DNA of 64,000 nt from assembly GCA_051294375.1 (NCBI GenBank), contig CM119263.1, positions 30,864,053 to 30,928,052 on the forward strand, written 5' to 3'. Below are positions 24,371-38,436 of the stretch, piece by piece. Each line of letters starts with the position of its first letter. Within the stretch, counting starts at the first letter, position 1. The notes under the pieces were generated by a model. The model ran no database searches, was not told the DNA's origin, and was given only the letters and a program-made list of their open reading frames with translations. Origin of the DNA: Paraspadella gotoi (taxonomy: Eukaryota; Animalia; Chaetognatha). Made by a program: the position numbers and the translations under genes.

Positions 24371-25731
24371 TGAAAAGATTATGGGGATGAGACTGGGGAG
24401 TTTAAAACGAGGATTGGTAAGTGAAAGATAGAATGAATTAGTAATTAATATCTTGCCGGATTTTACAAATATGAAGACTTTAAAATCTCAGTCTAATATT
24501 CATTGTAATCTTTATCTTTTAAAATTACTATCTAAATTTTTAAATGTTAATCTAAATAGTCTTCACCTGAAAACTACTTATATGAACCTGGATTTTAACA
24601 TCACTGTAGTCTTCAATTCTAAATGTAATTATAATTGTAAATCTACAAACTAAACCTCAATATAATCTAATCTAATCTTGAATCCAAATCTAATCCCAAA
24701 TCTATCCGTTTAAATCTTAAATCTAATCAAGATGTAAAAAAATCTTACATCCCCCCCAAAAAAAAAAACCTTCTAGATGCACCAGCCATCGTTACCTCAG
24801 TCCTCCTTCTCGCTCTCAATCAATTGGTTGAGCCGGAAACTTTTTCGGTCTTCATTTGTTTTCGTCTCGGTTTCGTCCTCGTGGCGTCGTCTCGGCGTCG
24901 TCGTCGGCGTCGTACGAGTCCAAGACGACGACGACGACGACGCGGCATGAGACGCCGGCGAAAAAGCGCCGATTTATGACGAGTTTAGAAAAAGCGTGAG
25001 TTATGTTCGGGCGGACACGGGATAAGGTTCGGGTGAAAATGGAACCGTACTGTCCAAAGTGACTCGACCCAAGATGGACTGTGTTTAAGAAAAAAAAAAA
25101 GTACCAGACCAAGACGGACCGATAAACTACATTTCCAAAACTGAATTACCAGCGAAAAAAAAACCTTACCTATGTATTTTTTTTTGTCTGAACTAAAAAA
25201 AACAAACTTTTTTTCTGTCAGTGAAGAAAGAAAATCTGTTCATCCTATAATTAATTATGGGTTTTATTTTTATTTTCAGTCACTTAGAGTTCTGAGCAAC
25301 AAAGCGTATTCTTATTAATTTATTACACATTCATTATATAAAAAGTCTCCCGAATAATCAATACTAAGGGTTGTTAATAAACTTAAATTGTGGCGAGAAT
25401 CCTCATAAAAACTTTCCATCTCACTGTGGTCACTTTTCGATCGCCCAATAATTCGTCGCGGGCATTTTTAACGTTCTGCTTAAAACTGTTTCCCCGTGAG
25501 AGATTCATGAACATTTAGTTTAACCAAGATAACTCTTCAAAAGTGTTCTCGCTCGTCTGAAACTCTGTTTTAGAGTTTCAAACGGACGTTTTAGAAAATA
25601 TTAAGTTAATAAATTGATACACTCTTCTTATAGTCCAGTTAGACTCGCGTTAAACGAATTCTACGTAGGCGAAATACTACGTTCGTATCCCCGTTAGCAT
25701 ATATATATTCAAACAATTTTTACACATCTGA

Positions 25732-28729
25732 TAGTAGCGCGGAGTATTTGATATAATGCTAGCCTCAAGATTAAAATATGATGAATTCGCTCGCCTCAAT
25801 TTTCCGTTCTATCGATTTATAAAGCAATTTGATGCAAAAAAATTGTCAAAATAGTCAAAATTTGATATCAAAAGAAACTGGTTTAAGTTCACTTTTTTAA
25901 GTGAAATATAGCCTTAACAAAAGAATTTAAACTCGTTATTCATCCATAAAAATGTAAAAAATTATGTTATATAAATATAGTAATTTTAATAAGATAAGTA
26001 TTTTCATAAAAATGCTAAAAAATTAAGCAAAATGGGAAAAAAGTATCGCAGCCACATAATGCAGTCGATATCCTATTTAAAGCTTATAAAAGCTGTTAAT
26101 AGCAACATAAAACTTTATAGCAGCTTATAATAATCTTACCAAAAAAATATAGTGACCCTTTACCATAACCTTACCCATTACCATTCTCCTTCCCCTTTAG
26201 ATCGCTCTCGATCTTTTTTGTATTCAAAATTGAACAAATTCTCATGAAAATATAGGTAAAATTATTTAAAATAAAAAGCTACTCTGTTAAAATGAGTACA
26301 ATTTATAATAACAATAATGACAACTACTACAATTTGTTTAGCAAAAATTAATTTAGATCAAAGATATTTATGACCATTTTTCCAAACCTCCATCAATTTC
26401 ATTTTACAATTTGTTACATTTATATCTGTATAACAAGGATGTTAAGATATATGAAACTATGTGGATAGTTTATTTATAAACAATAATTTGCGATGAGATG
26501 TAATTTATACATGCAAATAAAATTAATCATGTTTGATTTTAAAAAAAAATATATAACCTGAAGATTAAAAATACTTAATCTTGAAAAAACTAACACTGTT
26601 TTAAAAAACATCCATTAATTTTAATAGGATAATTTTAACAAAAATATAAAATAAATAATAATTCCTAAATTGTATGCCGTTGTGCGATGTTAGCGTGGCT
26701 AGCGGCGATGAGAAAAAAAGGCTCGATTCCGACGCCGTGAAGCGTATCGCGTCTTAATTTACTTCCATTTTTCGAAGAGAACGAAACACGATGACGTGAA
26801 AAAAACTAAAACTCGGGAAATATCCTGATTATTTTTATGTAAAAGCATTGTTTACTAGTCAGCGGACAGTTGCCTCTGACATTCAAATAGTTTTAAGACC
26901 GCTTGTTTTATTCTAACTTATTTTTATTATTTATCCTTATTTTAAATCATTAAGAAAATGCTCAACTCAATGCGAAATATTATCTTCATATTCAATTGTA
27001 TCTTCTGCATGTCTGATGCCATTCCCGAAATTCATAGTTACATTTAATCAACAAATTGTACTACGATCCACAGTGATTGAGCTGGTATTTATTGTAGAGA
27101 GCACACCTCAATTCAGCTTGACACAGTTGGGTAGTTCAGTGGTTAATTGAGATCAAAATAAAGTTCTGTGAAAACATACTCAATCTGCAGCAAAAGGTAA
27201 GACGGCCAAGACATCATAAATCATGGATTTAAGCTCATGATGATTGGACGGAGAAAGGAGACAAAATGGTAAACAAAATAAACTAATAAGAAAACCCCGA
27301 CACTGGCTAATCAATTATTCATATCACGTGCATCTGTATTGAGAAAGAAAAGGTTTAAACAAAAATAACAGATGATGATTGGATGATAATTCAATCATAA
27401 TCAGATGAAAGTTTTATTGAGTTAACACGGACAAATGAGTAACTTCCAATCCGACATTTCGCAAAAGTTTGAGCCAACAGTGCTTTTCTTCGGGGCGAGT
27501 CTGCAGTTGGTTATGGTCTTATACCCTGGTCCCGGGCTACCAATACTATTGTGTCCTAAAAAGAAAGCATATCAAACTGTCCTTGCCAGCTTCCCTAATT
27601 TCCCCATCCCGGGATCTCTGTAATGGCCAACCGTTTGTGATTTCCTTTGGCAATACTCTTTGCTACAGCTGCCCCTTCATATTCAAGACTTATTTAAAGG
27701 CATATATCAATCCAATCCAGACACTCTCTTGAAGTCGAATTTGTTCACAATGAAAAATTATTTTTTTATTAAATTTATTTATTTAATAAATATTTTCTAA
27801 ATCATATCCTTGCTAAGGATAGCTCTTATCAGAATCAAAAGGATACAATTTAAGCACTTTTTTGTTATTTAGCCACCGCTGTAATCTGATGAATTGACAA
27901 TGACAGAAAAGACGATGAAAAAAAAATAATAAACAGTTTTTAACATGTACGAAACAATATATTTGTAAATATTAAAAAATAAACCTCACGTTCTCATTCA
28001 AAATCAATAAAATGAAAGAAAAAAATAAAATCCAGACTTGACTTCAGAGGCAACAATAGTGTAAGGAAGCACCGAGGTGAAAGGCCTTGATGCTTTTTGT
28101 ATCATAAATCAAAACCTCTTTTGCCCTGAGAATTTTTTTAACAGGACAAGTCTACATTTATTTTTCTTATTGTTTATGTTATGAGAGTTTTAAATACCCT
28201 TGAATACCATAAATTCAAGTAATTTCCTGATCGCCTTAATTTATTATTTGCTTTTATTTTTGTGGTTTAAAAAATGTAAAAACTTATGTATTAATTAAAA
28301 ATAATAAATAAAGAAAATTTTTACAAATGAAAACAGTTATATATCTCCTTATTCATATATATTTGATTAAAACTCTCTGATTAGACCATCTTTTTTTCAT
28401 ATTTTTCACAAACAATGCAATAGTTGAATAATAGTTAAACATTAATTAATACAAGTTTTTACATTTTTTAGTTGAAAACAGTTTTAAATACTTGGATTTA
28501 GCTATATTTACTAAATTAATAATGCTAACAACTTTTATTTTATCTTTAAATTTTTTATTTTTTTTCGATTTTTTTGCACTTATCGCATTATAAAATCGAT
28601 TTTTAGAACGGGAAAAATTGCAAGCGAATTTTTTGATTTTCTTCTCAGTAATATTTTACATGTGTTGCAAAAAATTATGAGGCCACAAGATGTCCTTTAT
28701 CATTTCTTGTATTTATACTCCGCGCTACT
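25732..28729. mobile_element. ~3.0-kb non-autonomous TIR DNA transposon (Academ-like termini), present in one copy only
   Basis: Ends are TAGTAGCGCGGAGTAT / ATACTCCGCGCTACT. Imperfect subterminal inverted similarity runs between ~25784-25850 and ~28562-28630. The empty site ACACACTGAGTATT is at 4523-4536. No intact transposase ORF. Confidence 0.8.
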
Positions 28730-31700
28730 GAGTATTTGAGTAATTATCTTGTAATAAAAATGGCCTAACTAAAGACTAACACTTCCCCCCCTTCACCTCC
28801 CCCCCCCCCGCCTCCAAGCGTCCATCTCATCAACTCCATCGTTCCTCCATCATCCTTCTTCCTCTTCGCTTCTCCCTCCTCGTCATCGCTTCTCCGGACG
28901 CCCGCCTCCTCCTTCCGCTTTTCGCTTCTCTTCTCTTCCTCGGATTTTGTCTTCGCTTCGCCTCCGTCGGCGACGTCGTCGTCGTCGTCGCAACGTCGTG
29001 CCACCTGCTGGAGTGGAAGAAGCGGTTGATGAGAAAGATAAGTGATGAGAAGAAGAGTAAGAGGCTATGGGGAAAAGATGGAGGTCAGACGATGCAATTT
29101 AATTATTTTTTTGAAATCAATTATAAATCTAAACATCGACAGTTGCTGATTTTTTTAATCTGTTATATATATCTATTGAGAGGAGAGAACTATTTGTTTT
29201 TTCAACACTTTTTATAAAAATGCTCCATTTTTAGGTCAACATTACCTCCTTACCTCAAAACTCCATCCTCAGCCCGCGGATATCCATATTAACTTCCAAG
29301 CTGCATCGTCCTCACATCTCTTCCGCAGCGACTCCATCGAACACAACAGCCAAAATCAGTCGACTAATCAGCTTCCGAGCGACGCCGCCACAGCAATCAC
29401 GGGGAGATGGCGCGTCCAGATTGTGCGGAACCGTCGGAGCGGAGGAGGAGGAGGAGGAAGGAGGAGGAGAGGAGGAGGGGACCATGTGTCCGGTTGCGAC
29501 GTCACTTTTCGTCACATCCCAAGAAAAGGGTTCAGTTGATTGTTTGTGTTGTGATTGTTGTGTTTATGTTTAAAATTTTTAAATGTTTTAGACATCCATA
29601 TGACTACTCTTATTATAATTGCATGTTTGCAGTGATGGGAGAATAAGTATGAAACGTGATTTATATAATTGGTAACAAATATAAAATTAAACATTATTCC
29701 ATCTAATATCTTCCCCCTTACGTTGACCTCCATAATTTTTGTTTGTTTTACACTGTTTAACATATAATTTTAACATTTCTACATTAAGCTGTCATTTATT
29801 CATTATGTTAAATAGTGTTATTTGGGTATTGAAAAAAAAAAAATATCGATTAACGTTTAAGGAACTTTGTTTGTAAAGTTATAACATTTCATTTAATAAC
29901 ATTTCATGTTTTTTGATGTTTTGTTTTTGTGTATTATTTATTGATTTTTAGATATTAACATCTGATCTTTTGAACGTTCTTAACGTTATAATTTTATAGT
30001 TTTTTATGAATTAGTTCATAACATTAAAAATATGGAAAATTACATCTTTATCCAGTGTAGTTTTTATTTTACTGTTTTACTGTCTTTGACCTGATTATAC
30101 CGTTACCCTTCAGTCTTTTTAATCTGTTGTTGATTATCATTACTTTATTTAAAAAGAAGCATGATTACAATCTAAGTATAAATTAAAATTATACCCATAC
30201 TGACAGGAGTTAATTATGAGCAAGTCCAACATGATTACGATCAGTTCCGACGGGACCAAACAGACGACGACCGACTTAAAAATGAGTTTTGTTTTCCCAA
30301 CACAGGTTTTCTGTGATTATAATTTTAATTCTCCATCCATCTCTCGAAAGTTAAATTTTAAATTACTTTATCTTTTAATCTCATGTGCATGTGCAGTGAA
30401 CCGGAATTATTCAATCGTAGCTTAAGTAACGCTGATATATTATAACTGTTTTCAATTTTAAAAAATAATCATTGGCCAACAGAATTAATCATGTTATTAT
30501 GCAAACATATTATATTTTGGAAATTTATGGAAAAAATTATACTTTACTCTTGTATTTTTGTAAAGAATATAATTTTCTGTAAATTCTCACGTTTCACTTT
30601 GACCCTAAGATAGAACAAAAGAGTATGGAATTTCTAACAGGAATTCGAAGTAATTTGTGTCAGATCCTTTGATCAAAGAATCCCTAAAGTTTATAAAGAT
30701 TATCTTTGCGTTTTTTTGGAAATGCTAGTGTTCAGCCTTTTTTTTACTATGGTACTAATATATTTATGTTAAATGTATCTACAATCCCACTTTTCATAAG
30801 AGGGAGTTACTGTGTAAGTTTAAATTCCGAAAGTTGTCAACCTAATAATAAGTTTACCCGCTTAAAGTTTTGGCTAAATGTTATTCATATCAAGAAAAAT
30901 TTTCTCCTTTCCTTCCAGCATTACTGCCGCACCACTGCGAAACAACTTTGCTACAACGCTTGCAACCAACCACGTCCCTCTTACTTCGGAGCTTATGGTA
31001 ATAATTGTAGGATATAATAACATCTTGCTGATTTCGAAATTATAGATCCCATCAAATTTTCCCGCCCTTTCTTTTTTAAAATTCAGCTCCGCGGCCAAAA
31101 CGGAAACGTTCGTCGTTTGTCGTCGATTACGAATTTTGAAGACAAGTTCGACTCGAACGAAAATTCGGTTTTGCCGAAGTTCGATTTACGAAATCCGGAT
31201 AATAACGAAGAATCTCGATCGAACGACGATTCCGTCGTGGATGTCATTTTGCACGTTCGTCGTCGTCGACCGCAGCCTTAATTCCGCGCCAGGCGATGGA
31301 ATAAAGATAATCCATCCTAAAGATGCCGAATATAACTAATTCCTTCGAAAAAATGTGAATCGAACCGAAAGATGCGATCAAACTCGATACTGAATTGAAA
31401 GACAGAGATAAATAATATGATTGCCTTTCATTTGTACGATTCTTGATAAGAATTATTGTTCATAAAATCTGATAATAAATGCTTTTTACACGTATTTCTT
31501 ATCTTTATATTTAAGTAAGTAAAAATAACTACGAATAAACTGAGAAAGAATCTCCCAATGTTACAAGTTTGTGATTCGTAATTAAAATAGTTTATGAAGA
31601 CGAGCTTTTTATTATTATCTTTTTCAGTCTTGTGTACAATACTACTTATAATCGGATCGATTTATTAAATAGTCACAACTTTAAGTCTTGAGAACAAACT

Positions 31701-34700
31701 CACAAAGGCTATTATTGTCACGCACAGAATTACAAAAGTTATTGTTGATCTGGTCGAGCCTTTCCAGACGTCTGTCTTTCTTTCCCAGAGAATTTAGATT
31801 TTTTAATTCAAATCAAGGTTCGTTTTTAATTTAAGCAATCAATAAATTGATCATAAACAGTTTCACTCCCAGATACATGATTCCCAATTCCCCAAATAGC
31901 ATTTAAAGTGAATCGACGGTTTCGAACTTTTACCACATTTTGTCCAGAAAAACAAATTCAGGTCGCTACCAAAGATGGAAAAAAAAATTGTCCCGGTAAT
32001 TTTTCCAAGCCAATTTTTTCAGCATTTAAGTTAAGAATCGAAAAACATAAAATTTAGATATTAAAAATTTTGGCTTCTTGTGATTCATATGAGCCTGTAT
32101 CTTATTGATGTAATGACAAAAAATAATAAGGAGAAAATAATTGTTTTAAAAATGCTTCCTTCTTTTTTATCTTTTTCATATTACATAATAATTCCGGTTC
32201 ATTTTTATTTACTTTTTTATATTTTTATTATTTTAGTTAAACCTTATTATTAAAAAATCCTTGCCTTCTTCAGTTCTCATATAAAATGGTTATGGTAATC
32301 ATCTCAGTTAGGAAGATTCAAGGATGAAATCTTAATCAAATGTTAAAAAAAACGATATTAAAAATATATTAATGCTGTAGAATCCCAGAATATTTTTTTT
32401 ATATATTATAAAGTTATGAATAAAAGTTATAAGCTCGAGTAACCTTTCTGCTGAATAAAGTATTATTTTTATTTATCTTTTGGATTGTTGAAGGACACAT
32501 TATCAGCAATAATGCAAGCCTTTTTTACTTATAGCCGGATCCAAATCCTTTTTATTGCCTGCCCAAAGACCTTTTTTTTTTAAATTTTATAAAAAAATAT
32601 TATGTTAAAGATATTAATATTAATAATAATATGAATAATCCTCTTGATCAAAAAGAGTAAAACAGTGAGAGATAACCTTTTTTGGAAGTAATTGTAAAAT
32701 AAATATATTTTATGCTGTTGAGAAATAATATTATATTATATATTAAAACCTATTAACAGTAAAAAATATATTTGCATAATAAAATAACCGATTTTCCTAA
32801 CGCGACAATTTTTTTTTCCATCATGGTATTCAGTCGAATGTCTCACTAGTTTTTATCATGGAAAAATCTTAAAAAGTTTCAACAAGCCTAAGTATCACAG
32901 ATGTTCTCTTAGCGTCGAAACAAAAAGTTTTTAAAGCGACAGAACAAGACTAGAAAAAAAATCTCTCCAGATTATATACGATTATGATTAGAAACGAGAA
33001 CCCAATTCTGACTTAACACGTCATTATATTAACATCTGTTAATTAAAACTAACGATTCAGACTCGGAGGTTGTGGGCTCGTCGTCGTAGAAGGTCGAGAG
33101 ATTGGGTAGCAATGGAGGTATTGCAGATGAGGAAGCAGGAGTTGCAGATGGGAATGGGCAATGGAGAATTCCTGATTACAACGGAAAGAACGGGTTCAAA
33201 AGATCTTTATCTAAAAAAAAGTTAAATTTATAATTTATTTTTACTTAATACGCTGAAACGCGTGGGCGAAAAACGTAAACAATAACAATAAAACAAAAAA
33301 TTATAACAACAACACAAACTTAAAACAACAACAACAACAACATCCAGCCAAAGGATATATTATTCCGCATGATAGAACAAAGACCAAAACACGAAACGCT
33401 ATTCACAAACTGTTCGACAACAAAAACAAACAACAACCACCAAGTTTTTCACGCGACTCATCTCCTTACTCTCACCCACACTACCTCACCTCACACTCCG
33501 TGAATCAGCCAGGCGTGACACCGTAATTTAACTCCTCGCGGGTAAATGAAAAGGCAGGCGCTGAATGCGACAGCTCTGAGTCGGCAGGACGAGCGGGCAG
33601 CCCGAGGCAGGCGTGACGGGCAGACTTATTTGAATGAAATTTAATTCTTTTCATGAAACTTTATCCGAGTCGAATTACTTTTTATATATTTCATAAGCTT
33701 CTATTTTTTTTTATTAAAAAAGATTAAAAAATTTAAAAACAGTTTAATTATTTTTAATTTACTCGACTGTTGAGTCATAATTTTTATGACGAAACTGCAT
33801 TTTTCTCAAAAATGACACAAATACTTGTCCGCTAAATGATTATTGTAAATACCCAAAATGACGCCAGGACTCAAACCTATTAATTCCGTTTAATGCCCTC
33901 CCTCATCTATATGCCCGGATGCCCTTTCCCTAATAGAATTCGCAATGCCCTTCCCTTCTAATGGGTAGCCCTCCTCCGTCCTCAAATGACGCAATTGCCC
34001 TCCCTTCTAATGCCGTGATGCCCTTCCCCCTCTCTCGAAATACACAATGACCTTTCTTCTAAAGTCGTTTATGCCCTACCCCGCTCTCAAATGACGCAAT
34101 ACCTTCCCTTCTAATGCCAGCGATGCCCTTCCGTCCCCTCAAATGACGCAATGCCCTTTTCAACTTTAATGAACGCAACTGATGACAAATCTTAACTCTT
34201 GATTGTTACTTCAGACGACAAAGGAAAAGAGAGAAAACTTCCAGACGACAAAGGAAAGAAAAAAAAAAAGAATAAAAATCGAAGAGGATATATTTGGCTT
34301 TGTGACTCTTTTTTCCGCCGCGAATGCAAAGAGGATTCGCGATGCAAATGCCGGAAATAAGAGAAAACAATGAAAGCGTTGTAGAGTCATGCGTCCTTGC
34401 ATCTTTTTGCGGGCAGGAAATTTACTTCTGCCGTTCGTTTAGCGCGCGGAAAAAAATCCTTTGATTATTTGTATACTATTTTCATTATGTTTCGACTTAA
34501 CTCTTTTTATTAATATACGCTAATTAATTAAGATTAATTATTAAAAAGGGGGGGGAAACGAAAGAAGCGAACTACTGTTGTTTCGCCCGATTCCCTTTTT
34601 TTAAATTATTCTTAGAGAAAAGAAAGAAATCTTCTTAAGATCGAACAAGTCATCGTGATCTTAAAAAACTTCGATCGAGCCCACTTATTAAAAATATTAA

Positions 34701-35181
34701 TATATTTGTGATAAAAACTAACCAAATTATTATAAATTTGTGAATTGTAAAATTAACTTTAAATAATTATTGAATAAAAAAAATGAAAAGTTTTAGTTTA
34801 AGTTTTCTTCTAAGTTTTGATTACAAAATTCAATTAAAATATTAAAATTATACATTATACATAATTTAAAATCTTTTTAAAATATTGAGATTCAAGAAAG
34901 CAGTCGTAATTTGTTGACGGAATTTTAATTTTAATTATAAATATGCTATTTAATAATATTGGTAGTAATCACATAATAAATAGATTATAATTAAAATGAT
35001 CTTTGACTGCAAATGGGCGCTCCCTCATGATTCAAATGACTTTCCTCCCTTTTGTTTACGTAATGGGAAATTCCTATGTTGAATAATGAGACGCGAAATT
35101 AGAGCTGAGAGAGTTGTCTGTTTACGTGAATCGTTGTGGCACTGTTGTGTGTGTAGAGAGAAGAGAGAGAGAGAGAGATGA

Positions 35182-35218
<37 letters not shown>

Positions 35219-35936
35219 GAGAGAGAGCAGGAGAGAGGAGAGGAGACGTGACGAGAGAGAGGAGAGGAAGAAGAGAGAGAGAGAGAGGGTTGAAAAAAGG
35301 TGAGAAGATATGAGAGGAGGAGAGAGAGAGAGAGAGAGAGAAGGGTTGAAAAAGTTTGGGAAGACGGAGAGGAGAGGAGAGAGAGTTGAAAAAGGTTTGA
35401 GGCGATTAGATTGAGCAATTTTAGTGACGATTGTTCCGAGAGAGAAGACGAGGAGAGATGGAGAAGAGAGAGAGAGGAGAGAGAGAGAGAGAGATACGAG
35501 AATCGAGAGAGAGAGAGAAAGAGAGAGAAAGATAGTTTAGAAGCATCAAAGGATTCCCCTTTCACTGGAAAGTGAAGTCGTGAACATCGCAAAACTTTTT
35601 TTATTTTCTCCTAACATCATTTCAATTTGACGCTCTCTGTTAAAAATTTACAGGAAAAAAATGGGTTTTTTCCCACAGCCAAACCCCAAGAGGTTTATTC
35701 ATTAAAGCGTTTTCGGAAAAGTTTTAGCCTTTTTTCGCTCCTCTTTTATTTAATTACGTTATTTTAAAATGATCACTCATGGCCAATATTTTTGTTCATC
35801 AGGTCTTTTCAAAAAATCAATTTTAAACAAAAAACTAAACGATTCTTCATTTCATGCCTCACTCTGACAAATCGACTCTTCACACCTCACCTCACTTCAC
35901 AGTCCTTACCTTTTTTTCCCCCCTGACCCAAATACC

Positions 35937-38132
35937 ATAACTAGTCCCGCGTGCCAGCGAGATTCGTCCTCTTGCATCGTGACCGAACGACGGTTGACCG
36001 CAATGAGTATCACTCTGCCAGAATTCTTGCTCTTTGCCGTTGAAAGAATTGGGAAGCTTTACTCTTTTGGACGGTAGAGACTCAGAGGCAACTTCGCCGT
36101 GATAGACGAAGAGGAGGCGGCGGGTTGACTTCGAGAATTTCAAAGGTAAGAATAATTGGGTGAAGAAAAGTGATGTGAAGGAGAGAGGGCGGTGAGTTAA
36201 CGTCGAAATAAATTTGAAATGTTGAAGAAATTGCATTCAAATTATTATCAATTAACGAAACTCAAAAGTTGTACAATTGTTTAAAGATTTATTGATGAAT
36301 CACTACAAATTTAGGTAAATGGATTGAGTAGAGATTAAGGTTGTTAGATTAGGTCTGAAGAAACGGAAATGCGCCCACTTTCGGATAAATAATGCTTAAA
36401 TGTTTCATCCATTCATTTTTCAATTTTTCCTTTTCTTCCTTTTCCCTTAGTTTTCCTTTGTCCTCTCTTCTCTTTTTCATTTTTAATCTGATTTTCTTAA
36501 ATCTCTCTTTCCTCTCTATTCATATTCCTCATATTTCCTACCTTTCGTCTTTCCCTCTTCTTTTTCCTCTTTACTTCCTTTTTCTTACCCTTTCTTTTCC
36601 CTCTCTTTTTCCTTTAACCTTCCTTTTTCTTTACCCTTTCTTTTCCCTCTCTTTTCCTATCACCTTCCTTTTTCTTTACCCTTTTTTCCCTCTCTTTTCC
36701 TTCATTCTTCCTTTTCATTAACCTTTCTTTTACCTCTCTTTTCCTCTCACCTCCTTTTCTTAACTTTATTGTTATCTCTCTTTTCCTATCACCCTCCTTT
36801 TCTTTAACCTTTCTTTTCCTCTTCTTCCTCTCTTATCCAACGCAGTTTCTTCAAGATAACGTCATTAACGTTGACGACCAAATCAAGGAAGAGAAGAGGA
36901 AGAGGAGGAAGAGGAGGAGGACAGAACGACGACTTTGGAAAGCGCCCTCTATAGTTTACGTCAGACAACAAATCATAAGCCCATCGAAACAACAACAACA
37001 CAAAACGATAGGGTGTCAATTTTTTGAAATTAATAAATAGGCTACATTCGCCTCCTGACTTTGGACAAGCTAGATATAGGGTTAAAAGGTTCATATCTAT
37101 TGCAAGATAATAAATATTAGCAGAACCCTGCAAGCTTGTTACAATCAAAGACTCTCGCTCCACGACCAGTTATATTAACTGACCAGTGGACCAAGTAATT
37201 ATCAATTTAACAAGTGAGAATCACAGACACTAACTTGTGAGAGTGATGAGACTTAACCATTAACAACCAGGCCTGTCCAAAGTCATGGCAAGATACTTAC
37301 TTATTAATTAATGCATACATCATTGCATTAATTAATCAATTAAAATGTTTAAAACCGCCCCCCGGTCCGAACAACTCAGCTCCGCCCATCATCCTTAACT
37401 TCTGCCCGACACAAACTCCACAAGATCGGCGCGATGCTGGCATGCATCACAACCCACCATCGACATTTTGGCGACAGCATCAACGAGAAGCCAGAGAGGT
37501 GCGAGGTGATTTGTTGGTTTTGTTGCTGGAGTTATTTAGATCTTTAATGTTAGCGAGCTTGCTTAAGTGTAATTGTTGGCGTTGATGAGTTGATTAGATT
37601 TAAAGAGTAGATATAGCGAGTGCTGGATGATTGTTGTGTCCGGGCTGGATTATAGATTGAATGGGAGAGAACGAGGTGCTGTAGGATAAGTGTTGTTGTT
37701 GCTTGAATAAATTATATTAAAGAGAAAGAAATATCGAGGTGCTGAAGTGTTTACTGCTGTCGTTGCTTGACTGATTGTAGCATTTAAAGCAAAGGATGTG
37801 CAGTGCAAGGTATGCCTCAAGTCGTTGCTGACTATTGGAATTTTTAAAAAATGGACAGACAGTTGGTAACAAGCTGATGTTGCTGGATGATATAGATCAA
37901 AAAAGATTATTACAGTGTTTGAAAAGCTGGGTGAGTTGGTCTTGTTAAGCATGTTTTAAAAAAATAGGGAGTGAGAGAGTGATGTTCTTTCAACTTGTTA
38001 AGCTTTGTGTTTGAAATGAGAGAGAAAATGAAAAGAAACGAAAATTGCTGTCTTTGCCTGTCTTTGCTGTCTTTGCTGTTGTCGTCAACTTTGATTTCTG
38101 GATTTGGCATCTGAGTTTTCTGCAGAAGTAGA

Positions 38133-38166
<34 letters not shown>

Positions 38167-38388
38167 GAGAGAAGGAGGAGGGTGGAGAGGGAGAAGAGAG
38201 AGAGAGAGAGCGGGGACAGAGTCTGGAAAAAAAGCGAGTCCGAATTTCGCGCGTTTGCCAATATTTGTGTGGATTAGCGTGTGTTTGGTGGAAATTAGCG
38301 TCGGGCGAGGAACAGAGGAACGGGGGCGGAACAGAGCATGACCGGGGGGAGAGATTATGGAAATAGAAGAGAGAAGAGAGAGGGGAGA

Positions 38389-38436
<48 letters not shown>

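Larger units (their letters stand above)
21868..31415 (+). pseudogene. ZFYVE27: Frameshifted duplicate of protrudin (likely read-error copy rather than a true pseudogene)
   Basis: All six exons are recognisable (e.g. CATTACTGCCGC near 30920, ACGGAAAC near 31100) but are broken by many single-base indels. Confidence 0.7.
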
